64,000 bases of DNA from Syntrophales bacterium (GCA_963665615.2 CAXXQE010000008.1:620001-684000), one strand, 5' to 3'; counted from the first letter of the stretch, positions 52,188-63,102 are shown. Program-made: numbers and translations. Notes: a model not told the origin generated them from the sequence alone.

Positions 52188-52814
52188 TCAGTCCGCCGCG
52201 ACGCCTAGGTCTTTCAGCGCCTGCCGGACCTGCTCGAAAGACTTGAAAAGGACAGCGTGCATGCCGACGTGTATTGCCCCCTCGATATTCTCCGGCTTAT
52301 CGTCGATGAAAACCGTCTCCGCAGGCGCCGTTCCCAATCGCTCGAGCGCAATCCGGTAGATCTCGGGATCCGGCTTGACCGTTCCCTCCAGGCAGGAGAA
52401 GGTCAGGGCGTCAAAATAATTGTAACAGCGACTGAGGAAAAAATCGACGGATGGTTTTTCCGTATCGGACAGCAGTCCCACCCGATAACCCCGATTGTGC
52501 AGCGCCGTCGCCAGCGCGAAAACCTCTTCATGCTCGCGGTAGGCATAGGCGAAGGCCTCGCCCCAGAGCGACGCCGCGCAGGGAACGGGGACGCCCAGTT
52601 CCGCGCAAACGCCCTGCCAGTAGACTGCTTCAGAGCCCCTGCCTGTCTGGAAGTCGCTGCCATGCCGTTGATGCAGTTCCAGGAGGCGCTCCGGATCCAC
52701 TCCCAGATAACGGGCGCAGTAATCTATAATCCTGGCCACGGGATGCTCGATCAGTACGCCTCCCAGATCGAAGAGGATCCCGCGAATTTTCCTCTTACGA
52801 AGCGTCACGTCCAC
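52188..52814 (-). CDS. HAD-family hydrolase
   Basis: FDLGGV, KPDPEIY, FIDD. Confidence 0.9.
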   Translation of the reverse strand: MDVTLRKRKIRGILFDLGGVLIEHPVARIIDYCARYLGVDPERLLELHQRHGSDFQTGRGSEAVYWQGVCAELGVPVPCAASLWGEAFAYAYREHEEVFALATALHNRGYRVGLLSDTEKPSVDFFLSRCYNYFDALTFSCLEGTVKPDPEIYRIALERLGTAPAETVFIDDKPENIEGAIHVGMHAVLFKSFEQVRQALKDLGVAAD

Positions 52815-53721
52815 AGTACCTTTCCCGAAGTGCTGTCGCCGAAGGAATGCCGGCGCGCCCGCCCAATTTGAGGCTCACCTGCGCTGCACTCCAGGCTGCC
52901 AGATCGAGGCTTTTCTCTGTCGAAAATCCCTTTAGAATGCCGTAGAGAAACCCGGCGTGAAAAACATCGCCGCACCCCGTCGTATCGATCGCATCCACCA
53001 CATAGGCAGGTTTTTCTATGCACTGCCCCCCGGATGTCAGCGCCACATAGCCACGCTTCCCCAGTGTGATCGCCGCGACATGAACGCCAAATTCCAGAAT
53101 CCTGCGGCACGCTTCCTGCGGCCTACCACCCTCTGAAATGGCCAACCCGCAGGCCTCCGAGGCGATGAAATAGTCGCTCGTTCGCGCGATCTCCGGCATG
53201 CCCTCGCGCCAGGAGCCCGCATCCACAAATACAGGAATGCCTACACGGCGCGCCTCATGGCAGGCGGCTAGGGTCGCCTCCGCGAAGAGACCGTCGGTAT
53301 GAAGCGCGCTGCATTGCCTTAACAGGGGGAGCTGTAATTCTTCGGGTTGAAGGGGTGCGCCGGTCGGCCGTTGCCAGAAGATCGTCCGCCGTCCGTCCTG
53401 CCGCTCCGCCGCGATAAAGGCGAACTGCGAAGCTGCCTGGGCTCTGGTCATCAAACCGGACAGATCGATTCTCTCCGCAACCAGTTCCGTGCGAATCGTG
53501 TCGCCGAAGAGATCATTGCCCACCACGCCCGCAAAGGCGCAGGACACGCCCCATCTGGACAGGGCGACAAGCGCCGTAGCCACCGGCCCGCCGCCCTGAA
53601 TCGTCAGGTCCTGAAATTCGCATTTGGTGTCGGGCAGCGGAAAGCGTTCGATCCGTCCGATATAATCGAGCGAGCACTGACCAATACCGAAGACCTGAGG
53701 CGGCGCATCTGGAGCGGGCAC
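52795..53721 (-). CDS. PfkB-family carbohydrate kinase
   Basis: GGGPVATA, ITLGKRG, DTTGCGDVF. Confidence 0.9.
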   Translation of the reverse strand: MPAPDAPPQVFGIGQCSLDYIGRIERFPLPDTKCEFQDLTIQGGGPVATALVALSRWGVSCAFAGVVGNDLFGDTIRTELVAERIDLSGLMTRAQAASQFAFIAAERQDGRRTIFWQRPTGAPLQPEELQLPLLRQCSALHTDGLFAEATLAACHEARRVGIPVFVDAGSWREGMPEIARTSDYFIASEACGLAISEGGRPQEACRRILEFGVHVAAITLGKRGYVALTSGGQCIEKPAYVVDAIDTTGCGDVFHAGFLYGILKGFSTEKSLDLAAWSAAQVSLKLGGRAGIPSATALRERYCGRDAS

Positions 53722-53882
53722 GGCGGCTCCTTTCTAACAGACTGAGGATTCAGAATATTTGTCTTCAGCCTAAAGGGTTGCACGTCTTTTTGCAAGCCCG
53801 GAAGGTCGGATTTCATAACAGGGATTGCAGAAGCGGCGCGTTCGCGCTATCCTCATGATCACTCTGAAATTCGCGGGAGGGA

Positions 53883-54170
53883 ATGGAAATGTACTGTCAG
53901 CACTGTGGAGAGGAGATCAGGCTGGAGACGGGGCCGGGCCGTCGCGATGTCTGTCCGCGTTGCGGCGCCGATCTCCGGAGTTGCCGCCATTGTTCCTTCT
54001 ACGATCCCGGTTACGCCGACGGCTGCCGGGAACCGCAGGCCGATCGGATTCTGGACAGGGACCGCAGCAACTTCTGCGACTTTTTCAGGGCAACAACCAA
54101 GCCCCCCGCCAAACAGGATCAGACGCGCCGCCAGGAGGCCAAAGCAAAACTGGACGCGCTGTTCAAATAG
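53883..54170 (+). CDS. Small Cys-rich protein
   Basis: GGAGG SD; CQHC, CPRC, CRHC, C, NFCDFF, C-terminal LDALFK. Confidence 0.75.
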   Translation: MEMYCQHCGEEIRLETGPGRRDVCPRCGADLRSCRHCSFYDPGYADGCREPQADRILDRDRSNFCDFFRATTKPPAKQDQTRRQEAKAKLDALFK

Positions 54171-54313
54171 CGTGCAATAAATGCGTTACCTGTCATGCTC
54201 GACCTGATCGGGCATCCAGGTCTTATTCTTTCCCAACGTTGACATCTCAACATCATTCATTTTCGCTCGTCACTTGCCGCGATTCGTCGCCAGAGTGACC
54301 CGTTCACTATTCA

Positions 54314-55240
54314 CTATTTACTGTTTACTACGCCCGCTCCGCGGGGTCTCCCCCACCATCGCATCAGCAGGATAACCGCGAAGAAGGGTATGTTGTACAT
54401 GGCGGCCACCGTCGCCTCTGTCGCCTCAAAAAACCGCGACGCAAAAACCATCACCATGATGTTATTGATATTGGTAAATATCACGGCGCCTGCCAGCTGG
54501 TCCGCCATGGCGCGACCTCGCATGACGAGGAGGCCCGTTAAAAAGTACACGAGAGCTAGACCCACGGCAACGAGCAGCGCTTCGACGATCACGAAAGGCG
54601 ACCGATAAAAGACATCGGCATACTGCGAAAAGACCCCGAGGTTCGTGATGGCGAAAAGCGCCAGGGATGCCGGAAACCGGATCCGATCGGCCGCCGCGAT
54701 GACGCGCGGCGCCGTCTTTCGCAGGATCTCCACTACGGCGATCGGCGTAAAGATCACCACGGCGAGGGTTCCCACCATCCCGGCGTAGGGAATGGACACG
54801 GCACGGGCCAGGAGCAGCTGCACCAGCAAAGGCACGGTCAGGGGCACCAGAAAAGACGTTACCACCACGAAGGTCAGAACCAGGGCGACATTCGCGCCGG
54901 CCATCCCGGCGATGAAGGGTGCCGTTACCCCGGTCGAGATGGCGGTCATCAGAAGCGCCGCAGGCGCATAGGCGGGCAGCAGCTGCTGAAAGCCCCACCA
55001 GACCAAAACGGGCAGGACAATCAGCTTGACCGGAACCCCGATGCTGATCGCGGTCATCGATCCCCGGACCCGCTTCAGGAAGAGGTCCATCCGGATCGGC
55101 AGATAGCTGAAAAAGAAGAGGACGATGAGGCAGTAAAACGGCAGCGGTCGGCAGACGGCAAACGTCTCGGGATAGAGAATCCCCAGCGTCACCGAGCCGT
55201 AAACGACGATCAGAAGAAGAATGTCACGAAGGTTAAACAT
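54314..55240 (-). CDS. Bile acid:Na+ symporter-like membrane protein
   Basis: About 10 TM segments; KLIVLP, GANVAL, LVPLTVP. Confidence 0.7.
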   Translation of the reverse strand: MFNLRDILLLIVVYGSVTLGILYPETFAVCRPLPFYCLIVLFFFSYLPIRMDLFLKRVRGSMTAISIGVPVKLIVLPVLVWWGFQQLLPAYAPAALLMTAISTGVTAPFIAGMAGANVALVLTFVVVTSFLVPLTVPLLVQLLLARAVSIPYAGMVGTLAVVIFTPIAVVEILRKTAPRVIAAADRIRFPASLALFAITNLGVFSQYADVFYRSPFVIVEALLVAVGLALVYFLTGLLVMRGRAMADQLAGAVIFTNINNIMVMVFASRFFEATEATVAAMYNIPFFAVILLMRWWGRPRGAGVVNSK

Positions 55241-55446
55241 AAATTTCCAAACGGCTTACGCCGTGGTCAACGGTCAACTGTGAATAGTAAACGGTCTAGT
55301 GACTTCTAACTAATTTCCAATCAGCTCTCCAGTTGAATCGGCACCAGAGCGATCAACTTCTGACTAACTTTAAAGTCATTTTTCGTTAAATCACCGTGCC
55401 ATTGTTTGACCGTTTACTGTTTGCCATTCACTGTTGACTGCGGTTC

Positions 55447-56292
55447 TCAACTCAATGCCGCCCGGTAGGAGCTCCGGACAAGCGGTCCTGACTCCACCGA
55501 CCGGAAGCCCATGGCCAGGGCTTCGACCTTTAACGCCTCAAACTCTTCCGGCGTGTAATACTTTGCGACAGGCACCTGTTCCTGCGACGGCTGCTGATAC
55601 TGGCCGATCGTGAGGCGTGCGCAATTCACTTCCCGCAGATCCCTGAGGACCGCAAGGATCTCGTCCCGATTTTCCCCGAAGCCGACCATGAGTCCCGACT
55701 TGCTCTCGATGCCGCTGTCGTGGACGCGCTTGAGCAGTTGCAGCGACCGGTCGTAATCCCCCTGCGACCGCAGCGTCGCGAAGAGCGCACGCACCACCTC
55801 GATGTTGTGATTAATCACATCCGGCCCGGCAGCGATGATCGTTTGCAGGGCATCAGCACGGCCCTGAAGGTCCGGGATCAGCACCTCCACACGACAATCC
55901 GGAATCGCCGTGCGCAGGGCCAGAATCGTCCGGGCAAAGACGGATGCGCCGCCGTCGGGCAGATCGTCGCGCGTCACCGAGGTGACAACGACATACCGCA
56001 ATCCGAGTTCCCGTGCGGCTTCCGCAAGCCGCTCCGGCTCGTCCGCCTCGGGCGCATGCGGCGTGCCGTGCTGCACATGGCAGTAGCGGCAGTTGCGCGT
56101 GCAGACATCCCCCAGGATGAGAAAGGTCGCCGTGCCGGAATGAAAGCACTCTGTCATGTTCGGACACCGCGCCTCGCGGCAGACCGTGTGCAGCCCGCTT
56201 TCCTCCAGCACCACCCGCACGCGGTGATACTCCGGCGTATTCGGAATCCTGACCTTCAGCCACTCGGGCTTGCGTATAAAGACTTTTTTCAT
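55447..56292 (-). CDS. lipA: Lipoyl synthase
   Basis: CREARCPNMTEC, CTRNCRYC, RSSY. Confidence 0.96.
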   Translation of the reverse strand: MKKVFIRKPEWLKVRIPNTPEYHRVRVVLEESGLHTVCREARCPNMTECFHSGTATFLILGDVCTRNCRYCHVQHGTPHAPEADEPERLAEAARELGLRYVVVTSVTRDDLPDGGASVFARTILALRTAIPDCRVEVLIPDLQGRADALQTIIAAGPDVINHNIEVVRALFATLRSQGDYDRSLQLLKRVHDSGIESKSGLMVGFGENRDEILAVLRDLREVNCARLTIGQYQQPSQEQVPVAKYYTPEEFEALKVEALAMGFRSVESGPLVRSSYRAALS

Positions 56293-56328
56293 GGCGATAG
56301 AATTTCTACTAAGTCCTCCAGCTTATTA

Positions 56329-57081
56329 TCAATAAAGTCTGGAGGCATTCCCTCTGCGATACGATTCTTTTACTTCTTTCGGTAAATAGACATACTGCGA
56401 TATCTCCTCCAGAATTTCAGGATGCAATGTGAGAGGAGAGTTAGTTGCTTGTGAGTAGACTGTCATTGTCACCGAGCGACGCCACAACTTAGAGGAACCA
56501 AAGAAAGCATTCTGCCAAACCAAAGCTTTTCGAGCTGGGTGATTATTGCAATCTACGATCTTTTCTAAGACACCGCCAAGTAACTTAAATAACCGGGGCC
56601 TTTCATGTTCACTTCTTGCTATCTTTTCTAACTCGTACTCCATGATATTAATCTTCTGTCCACTATGCAGTTGAATCTCAGCATTTATTTGTGTGCAATA
56701 GCGACGAATCTCCCACACGGTTTTATCAAGTTCAACCAATTTGGGGCCGAAAATGTAGAAGGAGCTTTCAAGATAGCGAAAACGACCATATCTATTGATG
56801 TGCCTGATGAACTCCTTACTCGACTCACTCAGCTGCAATAAAAAAGGAAGCTTATTAGCATATAGTAGTGCTTTTTCTATATCGTGATTGACATCCTTTG
56901 CTTTGATTCTGTTCAATAGCAAAATGGCCTTCAGATATTTTTCTATTGCTTGTAAGCTTGACCAATGAAATTGCTGAAGTAAATTGGCTCGATATGCCAT
57001 ACGCGCAACGATATAGTCGTGATCTGCCACGTCACGAAAACAGCGGATAGCAAAATCATTAAGCAATGCGTTCGAATTCAT
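56329..57081 (-). CDS. HEPN-domain protein (AT-rich insertion)
   Basis: ADHDYIVAR...QAIEKYLKA...HDI...RY pattern. Confidence 0.7.
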   Translation of the reverse strand: MNSNALLNDFAIRCFRDVADHDYIVARMAYRANLLQQFHWSSLQAIEKYLKAILLLNRIKAKDVNHDIEKALLYANKLPFLLQLSESSKEFIRHINRYGRFRYLESSFYIFGPKLVELDKTVWEIRRYCTQINAEIQLHSGQKINIMEYELEKIARSEHERPRLFKLLGGVLEKIVDCNNHPARKALVWQNAFFGSSKLWRRSVTMTVYSQATNSPLTLHPEILEEISQYVYLPKEVKESYRRGNASRLY

Positions 57082-57290
57082 TGTCCACGAATCTTATTCG
57101 GTAACGCCACGTTGATCACTAGAAGAGGCAGTCGCGTTGTGTAGAAGTGCTCAGGTGTAATGCTGCCAGGTTATCCCCACGAAAATAGCGTAATGCTAAT
57201 ATATGAACACAGGATCCGTCACGATGCGTTGTGCACAATACTACAGGGCCAAGCAGTAAAGTCATCAGCCGACGCAAAAAACCATACAGC

Positions 57291-57510
57291 GGTTGTTCAG
57301 ATGCGCGACGCGCGAGGATTGAGAAGCGCAGCGTATAGTTAATACGTGAGCATGTAATGCATTCTGGAAACCGCGTCAGAATGCATTGATTCCCAAGGAA
57401 GGAATCTTAAACATGATTCGCTCTCTCACCACCGCCTATGACAGTGGTTCACCCGCTGCCGAATTCTCGGCCCGGAGCGCAACGCAGTATATGAGCCTTT
57501 ATCAACAGCC
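57291..57510. mobile_element. Degenerate inverted copy of the 60952 MITE, interrupted by ~115 bp
   Basis: 57324-57353 and 57469-57510 match the reverse complement of 60952-61075. Confidence 0.65.
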
Positions 57511-58950
57511 ACACCCCTTAAAGCAGACGTCTGGCTCGCGTGCTGCCCTAACTTCATCCATCCTCCCCACCGGTGTCGTCAGCGGCGCGGACTTCACCAT
57601 CTCCGGGTTGTCCTTTGCCTCTCCCGCGATGGCGATCATCGCCTCGCAGAAGGCATCGAGGGTTTCCCTGCTCTCGGTCTCATTGGGCTCGATCATGATT
57701 GCCTCGGGCACGATGAGCGGGAAGTAGATTGTGGGCGGATGATAGCCGTAATCCAGGAGCCGCTTCGCGATATCCGAGGTATGCACGCCGCCTTCACGGA
57801 CCTGGCGGCTTCCGGAGAAGACACACTCGTGCATGCACACCCGGTCGAAGGGCAGGTCGTAGTGGGGCTTGAGCCGCTCCTTCACGTAATTGGCGTTGAG
57901 GACCGCTGCCTCGCTCACTCGCTTCAGGCCTTCCGCGCCGAGCGACCGGATATAGGTCCAGGCCTTGACCATGACATTGAAGTTCCCATAAAACGCCTTC
58001 ACCCGGCCGATTGTGTCGGGGCAGGCCGTATCCAGGCTGTAGCGCCCCCGCTTTTTGACAACGCGCGGCACCGGCAGATAGGGCGCGAGCTTTTTTCCGA
58101 CGCCCAGCGGGCCACTCCCCGGACCGCCGCAGCCGTGCGGGGTGGAGAAGGTCTTGTGGAGATTGAGCTGGATCAGATCAAAGCCCAGATCGCCCGGCCG
58201 CGTGATGCCCAGGTAGGCGTTGGCGTTGGCGCCGTCGCAGTAGAGGAGCCCGCCCTTGCCGTGGACGATACGCGCCACCTTTTCAATGTTGCGTTCGAAG
58301 AGCCCGAGGGTGTTGGGATTCGTGAGCATCAGCCCGGCCACATCCTCCGTCATGAGGGATTTCAGGTGATCGATATCGACCCCGCCCTCGGCGTTGGACT
58401 TGACCGTCACCGTCTCGAAGCCGCAGAGCGCGCCGGAGGCCGGATTGGTGCCGTGCGCCGCATCCGGGATCAGGATCTTGTGACGATGCTCGCCCTTCTT
58501 CTCGAAGTATTTCTTGATGACCATGATGCCCGTCAGTTCGCCGTGCGCCCCTGCTGCGGGCTGGAGCGTGAAGTCGGCCATGCCGAAGATTTCGCAGAGC
58601 GAGGCCTTGAGGTCGTACATGAGCTTCAGATTCCCCTGCGAAAAGGCCTCTGGCGCGAGCGGATGCACTGCCGTGAATTCCAGCAGCCGCGCGACATCCT
58701 CGTTGATCTTGGGGTTGTACTTCATCGTGCAGGAGCCGAGCGGATAGAACCCGATATCGACGCCGAAGTTGCGTCTGGAGAGCGCCGTGTAATGGCGCAC
58801 CAGATCGACCTCCGCCACCTCCGGCAGATCGACGGCCTGTCTCAAGAGACTCGCGTCGATACAGCTCTCGACCGCTACCTCCGGCACATCGCACAGCGGA
58901 ATCGTCGTTGCGGTACGCCCTGGTTTGCTTTTTTCAAATATGAGTTCCAT
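57502..58950 (-). CDS. gcvPB: Glycine dehydrogenase subunit 2
   Basis: [32 protein letters not shown]. Confidence 0.96.
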   Translation of the reverse strand: MELIFEKSKPGRTATTIPLCDVPEVAVESCIDASLLRQAVDLPEVAEVDLVRHYTALSRRNFGVDIGFYPLGSCTMKYNPKINEDVARLLEFTAVHPLAPEAFSQGNLKLMYDLKASLCEIFGMADFTLQPAAGAHGELTGIMVIKKYFEKKGEHRHKILIPDAAHGTNPASGALCGFETVTVKSNAEGGVDIDHLKSLMTEDVAGLMLTNPNTLGLFERNIEKVARIVHGKGGLLYCDGANANAYLGITRPGDLGFDLIQLNLHKTFSTPHGCGGPGSGPLGVGKKLAPYLPVPRVVKKRGRYSLDTACPDTIGRVKAFYGNFNVMVKAWTYIRSLGAEGLKRVSEAAVLNANYVKERLKPHYDLPFDRVCMHECVFSGSRQVREGGVHTSDIAKRLLDYGYHPPTIYFPLIVPEAIMIEPNETESRETLDAFCEAMIAIAGEAKDNPEMVKSAPLTTPVGRMDEVRAAREPDVCFKGCGC

Positions 58951-58957
58951 GCTTACC

Positions 58958-59374
58958 TCACAAGTTTGCGTCGCGTTGTCGATTATCAACAACCTCTAGA
59001 ATCTTGAAAAAGATGTTTAATAACACGTATGAGAATATTTGAAGAAACGGAATCAAAATATATTGCCAACCCGCGCAACCTCCAGAGTGCATTTTGAATG
59101 CTGGCAGCATCAACACAGGTAGCGCAATCATTATGACATAGGCAATCCATTGGAAAGTTGGAAACTTGTATGACTTTTTTAATAATCGATGCAAACCCGT
59201 ATAGGGAATTCCGGAAAAGAAAATCCCTACACAGCAGGACAACAATGTCGGCGCGACCATCCTTTCCTCATAAACCCGAGACCAAGGCATGTCTGATATT
59301 ATAAATATCGCTGTGTATAAAAGAGCAACTATAACGCCTGCAAGAAATTTTCTGTTATCAACAGAGAAAGTCAT
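58958..59374 (-). CDS. Hypothetical small membrane protein (AT-rich) inserted in the gcv operon
   Basis: About 4 hydrophobic segments, low GC. Confidence 0.6.
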   Translation of the reverse strand: MTFSVDNRKFLAGVIVALLYTAIFIISDMPWSRVYEERMVAPTLLSCCVGIFFSGIPYTGLHRLLKKSYKFPTFQWIAYVIMIALPVLMLPAFKMHSGGCAGWQYILIPFLQIFSYVLLNIFFKILEVVDNRQRDANL

Positions 59375-59410
59375 CAACGTACCTATATAAGAGAGGATTT
59401 GCGGGATGGA

Positions 59411-59562
59411 GCTCGAACGCAAATCAAAGATTTTTTCGGGAACCATTCTGGCGGAGCGGAACGTCCGCCGGCAAAACTGTTTGAGCCCGAAGGGCGAGTT
59501 TTTTGCCGGCAGTGAAGCGCAGCTTAGAATGGTCGGGAAAAGATTTCTGAGCGGGTGAGAGC
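59411..59562. repeat. Long imperfect palindrome
   Basis: Nested IRs CCATTCT/AGAATGG and GCCGGCAAAA/TTTTGCCGGC around GCCC-GAA-GGGC. Confidence 0.6.
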
Positions 59563-59591
59563 CGTCCCGCAAATCCTTCACCGCCGCTGTT

Positions 59592-60920
59592 CTATTTTTT
59601 CAATATCCCCACAACCCGATCGATATCTTCTTTTGTCAGCATTTCCGTCGCGCAGAAGACCAGCGCATCCTGCAATTCCGGATAATCCTGCCCCAGCGCA
59701 TAGCCACCCACGATTCCGTGTTTCTGCAGCTTCGCATTGGCTGCCGCTGGATCGGGGCAGCGCAGGACGAATTCATTGTAGACCGGCCCGCTGAATACCG
59801 GCGACCAGCCCGGAATCCCAGCAAGCTGCGCTTTCAGATACTGCGCCTTGCGGACATTGAGGATCGCGAGATCCTTCAACTGTTTGCCGATGCTCGCCAG
59901 ATAGATCCCTGCGGCCAGCGCACACAGGGCCTCGTTCGAGCAGATGTTCGAGGTCGCCTTTTCCCGGCGGATGTGCTGCTCGCGCGTCTGGAGGGTCAGG
60001 ACGTAGCCACGCTTCCCCGCCTTGTCCACGGTCGCGCCGCAGAGACGTCCCGGGATCTTCCGCAGGAATTTATCGGTCGCCGCAAAGATTCCCAGATAGG
60101 GACCGCCGTAATTCAGGGGATTGCCGAAGGCCTGCCCTTCGCCGACCACGAAGTCCGCGCCCGTCTCTCCGGCAGACTTGAGAATCCCGAGCGACGTGGC
60201 CTCGGTGAAACCCGCTACCAACAATGCGCCCTTCGCATGAATCTCCCCTGCTGCCGCAGCAATGTCCTCAATGACGCCAAAGAAGTTCGGGCTCTGCACG
60301 AGCACCGCCGCCGTGTCCCCATCCACCGCATCGAGGAGCGCCTGCCTGTCCAACTGACCGGTCGGCGTATAACCCGTCTCCAGCACAGTGTAGCCATTGG
60401 CCCAGGCGTAGGTGCGGACGGTCTCGCGGTAATGCGGATGGATCGAGCGGACCATCACGATCTTCTTGCGACCGAGCGACTTGGCCGCAAGGACCGCGGC
60501 CTCTGCCATGGCCGAAGCGCCGTCGTACATGGAGGCATTGGCCACCTGCATCCCGGTCAGATGCGCGATCATGGTCTGGTATTCGTAAATGGCCTGAAGG
60601 ATACCCTGGCTGATCTCCGCCTGATACGGGGTGTAGGCGGTATAAAACTCGGAGCGGCCGACGAGATGTCCGACCACTGACGGAATATAGTGATGGTAGG
60701 CCCCCGCGCCGGTCAGCGTCATCGCCGGGATCGTGTTCGCCGCGCCGATGGCCTTCATGGCCGCCAGGGTCTCCTGCTCCGAAAGGGACGCGGGCAGATC
60801 GAGCAGCCTTTTCAGCAGATAGCGCTCCGGGATATCGCTAAAGAGCGCCTCGACGCGATCGGCCCCGATCGCCTGAAGCATGGCCTGCGTATCTTCCTGA
60901 GTGTGGGGGATGTAGTTCAT
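59592..60920 (-). CDS. gcvPA: Glycine dehydrogenase subunit 1
   Basis: EFYTAYTPYQAEISQG, NASMYDG, REQHIRREKATSNICSN. Confidence 0.96.
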   Translation of the reverse strand: MNYIPHTQEDTQAMLQAIGADRVEALFSDIPERYLLKRLLDLPASLSEQETLAAMKAIGAANTIPAMTLTGAGAYHHYIPSVVGHLVGRSEFYTAYTPYQAEISQGILQAIYEYQTMIAHLTGMQVANASMYDGASAMAEAAVLAAKSLGRKKIVMVRSIHPHYRETVRTYAWANGYTVLETGYTPTGQLDRQALLDAVDGDTAAVLVQSPNFFGVIEDIAAAAGEIHAKGALLVAGFTEATSLGILKSAGETGADFVVGEGQAFGNPLNYGGPYLGIFAATDKFLRKIPGRLCGATVDKAGKRGYVLTLQTREQHIRREKATSNICSNEALCALAAGIYLASIGKQLKDLAILNVRKAQYLKAQLAGIPGWSPVFSGPVYNEFVLRCPDPAAANAKLQKHGIVGGYALGQDYPELQDALVFCATEMLTKEDIDRVVGILKK

Positions 60921-60951
60921 GATGATTCCTTAATACAGACGTTAGACTCGG

Positions 60952-61075
60952 CAGGCTGTTCAAAAAGGCTCATATACTGCGTTGCGCTCCGGGCCGTAAA
61001 TGCTCACGTATTAACTTATACGCTCCGCTTTCCGGTCCTCGCGCGCCTTGTCTCTAAGCCTTTTTGAACAGCCTG
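60952..61075. mobile_element. MITE-like element with 19-bp perfect terminal inverted repeats
   Basis: CAGGCTGTTCAAAAAGGCT...AGCCTTTTTGAACAGCCTG. Confidence 0.75.
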
Positions 61076-61165
61076 TGCATAAGCTAGGCTTTCGGGATAG
61101 TTAGCAATCACTAAAGAAACTCTCCATCGACGTGAGAAAATCGCACCATAAATAGAATCTGCTAG

Positions 61166-61564
61166 CTAGTGGCTCTGTCCTTCAACAAAGGCGTCGTAGG
61201 CCGCGGCATCCATCAGGCTGTCGAATTCAGCGGGGTTGTCCATCTTGATCATGCAGATCCAGCCTTCGCCGAAGGCGTCCTGATTGATCAGCTCCGGCGC
61301 CGCTTCGAGCGCATCATGGGCGGCCACCACCTCGCCACTGACGGGCGCATACACATCGGAAACCGACTTGACCGATTCCACGACGGCCACGGGCTGTCCC
61401 TTCTGCACTTTCTTGCCGATAGCCGGCAATTCGACAAAGACGATATCGGTCAACTGCTCCTGGGCGTAATCGGTGACGCCCATGGTGACAGTCCCGTCGC
61501 CGTTGTCCTTCGCCCATTCATGGTCGCTGGAGTATCTTCTGTCAGTCGGATTCGGTTTGGACAT
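61166..61564 (-). CDS. gcvH: Glycine cleavage H protein
   Basis: HEW, GVTDYAQ, VESVKSVSD (lipoyl Lys). Confidence 0.96.
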   Translation of the reverse strand: MSKPNPTDRRYSSDHEWAKDNGDGTVTMGVTDYAQEQLTDIVFVELPAIGKKVQKGQPVAVVESVKSVSDVYAPVSGEVVAAHDALEAAPELINQDAFGEGWICMIKMDNPAEFDSLMDAAAYDAFVEGQSH

Positions 61565-61658
61565 GGGGTGTCTCCTCTGTTGGGAATTCGAAATGAAGGG
61601 CATCGACGCGCAGCCTGATGCTCCAGGCTCTTAACTCGCTATAGCCCCGTAACATCTT

Positions 61659-61735
61659 GTCATTGCGAGGAACGTAGTGACGAAGCAATCTTTGAACGTT
61701 AGCCAGCCAGATTGCTTCGCTTCGCTCGCAATGAC
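61659..61735. repeat. REP-like palindrome, copy 2
   Basis: GTCATTGCGAG...CTCGCAATGAC; inverted relative to 3788-3866. Confidence 0.8.
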
Positions 61736-61775
61736 CGGAATATATTCTTTTGATGGGCCTGTCACCCGTTACCCG

Positions 61776-62873
61776 TCACTTGTTACTTCTTTTATAAAAC
61801 GGCAGCTTGACGGTCTTTGCCTTGACCGTGTTGTCCCGGATCTGGATGCCGATCCCGGTGCCGGGCTCTTTGTGGTCGATGGTCACGAACCCCAGGCCGA
61901 TCGCCTTGTTGAGCGTGGGCGACATCGTGCCGGAGGTGACCTCGCCGATTACGCGGCCATCCGCGGCCACAACGGGATAGCCATGCCGGGCGATGCCGCG
62001 GCCTTCCATCTCGAAGCCGACCAGCTTTTTCTCAAAACCCGCCGCCTTTTTCTGCATCAGGGCGTCGCGGCCGAGAAAGTCTTTGGCCGGATCGACGAGC
62101 CAGCCGTAAACGACTTCGTAAGGCGTGATGTCTTCATTCATCTCGCTGCCGTAGAGCATCATCCCCGCTTCCAGACGCAGGGTGTCTCGGGCGCCCAAGC
62201 CGACGGGTTTGAGGCCGTGGGGCTTCCCCCGTTCCAGCAGCGTGTCCCAGATCATCCCGATCGGATCGTTGGCCGTGTAGATCTCGAAACCGTCCTCGCC
62301 GGTATAGCCGCTGCGGGATACCAGGGCGGGTACGCCCAGCAGGGTCGTGCGGACCGATTCGTAATAGCCCAGCACGCTCAGATCCGCCGCCACCATACCC
62401 TGTAAAATCGCCTGCGACGCTGGCCCCTGCAGGTCGAGTTTGGAGGTTTCCTCGGTCCGGTCAAAGATCCGGCAATCAAATCCCCGGCGGTCGCGCGCCT
62501 CGATCAGGCGGGCAAACACCTTGCCCATGGTCCCGGCATTGGTCACCACCAGGTAGTCGTCTTCGGCGAACTTGTAGACTGTGAGATCGTCAACAATCCC
62601 GCCCCGGTCGTTCAGCACCAGACTCAGCTTCATCTGATTGATGCGCTGCTCCGCCAGGTTTCGGCTCATGACCCACTGAAGCAGATCAAAGGCCTGCGGC
62701 CCGCGCACCTCGATCTCGCCCATGTGGCAGATGTCAAAGAGACCGGCGGCGGTCCGCGTCGCGCGATGCTCCTCGATCACATTGGTGTATTGGACGGGCA
62801 TGGCCCAGCCGCCGAAATCGATGATCCGGGCGCCGAGGGCAACATGACGGTCGTGAAGGGGGGTTATTTTCAT
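61776..62873 (-). CDS. gcvT: Glycine cleavage aminomethyltransferase T
   Basis: FGGWAMPVQY, LFDICHMG, SRSGYTGEDGFE, GLGARDTLRLEAG. Confidence 0.96.
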   Translation of the reverse strand: MKITPLHDRHVALGARIIDFGGWAMPVQYTNVIEEHRATRTAAGLFDICHMGEIEVRGPQAFDLLQWVMSRNLAEQRINQMKLSLVLNDRGGIVDDLTVYKFAEDDYLVVTNAGTMGKVFARLIEARDRRGFDCRIFDRTEETSKLDLQGPASQAILQGMVAADLSVLGYYESVRTTLLGVPALVSRSGYTGEDGFEIYTANDPIGMIWDTLLERGKPHGLKPVGLGARDTLRLEAGMMLYGSEMNEDITPYEVVYGWLVDPAKDFLGRDALMQKKAAGFEKKLVGFEMEGRGIARHGYPVVAADGRVIGEVTSGTMSPTLNKAIGLGFVTIDHKEPGTGIGIQIRDNTVKAKTVKLPFYKRSNK

Positions 62874-63102
62874 CGACAATGAGTACTACAACGTCCTGTG
62901 GATTTCAAGGGGCGAATATGGAAGTCTGGAGCGGCTGAAGCCGCAGTGAACAGTAAACAGTCAACAGTAAATGGTAAGCGGTCCAGCAATTTCATGACGT
63001 TACGGGAGACCAAATGGAAGTGAGTCAGAAGGTATGAGGCGCTTCTATGTTGTCGAGATTTAACGATGCGCTATCCGTTCACTGTTCACTCTTCACTGTT
63101 GA

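Noticed and set aside
57739..59007. 422-aa plus-strand ORF
   Set aside because: Antisense shadow of gcvPB
62880..63100. Glycine riboswitch upstream of gcvT
   Set aside because: Consensus aptamer elements not found; the spacer is occupied by heptamer repeats
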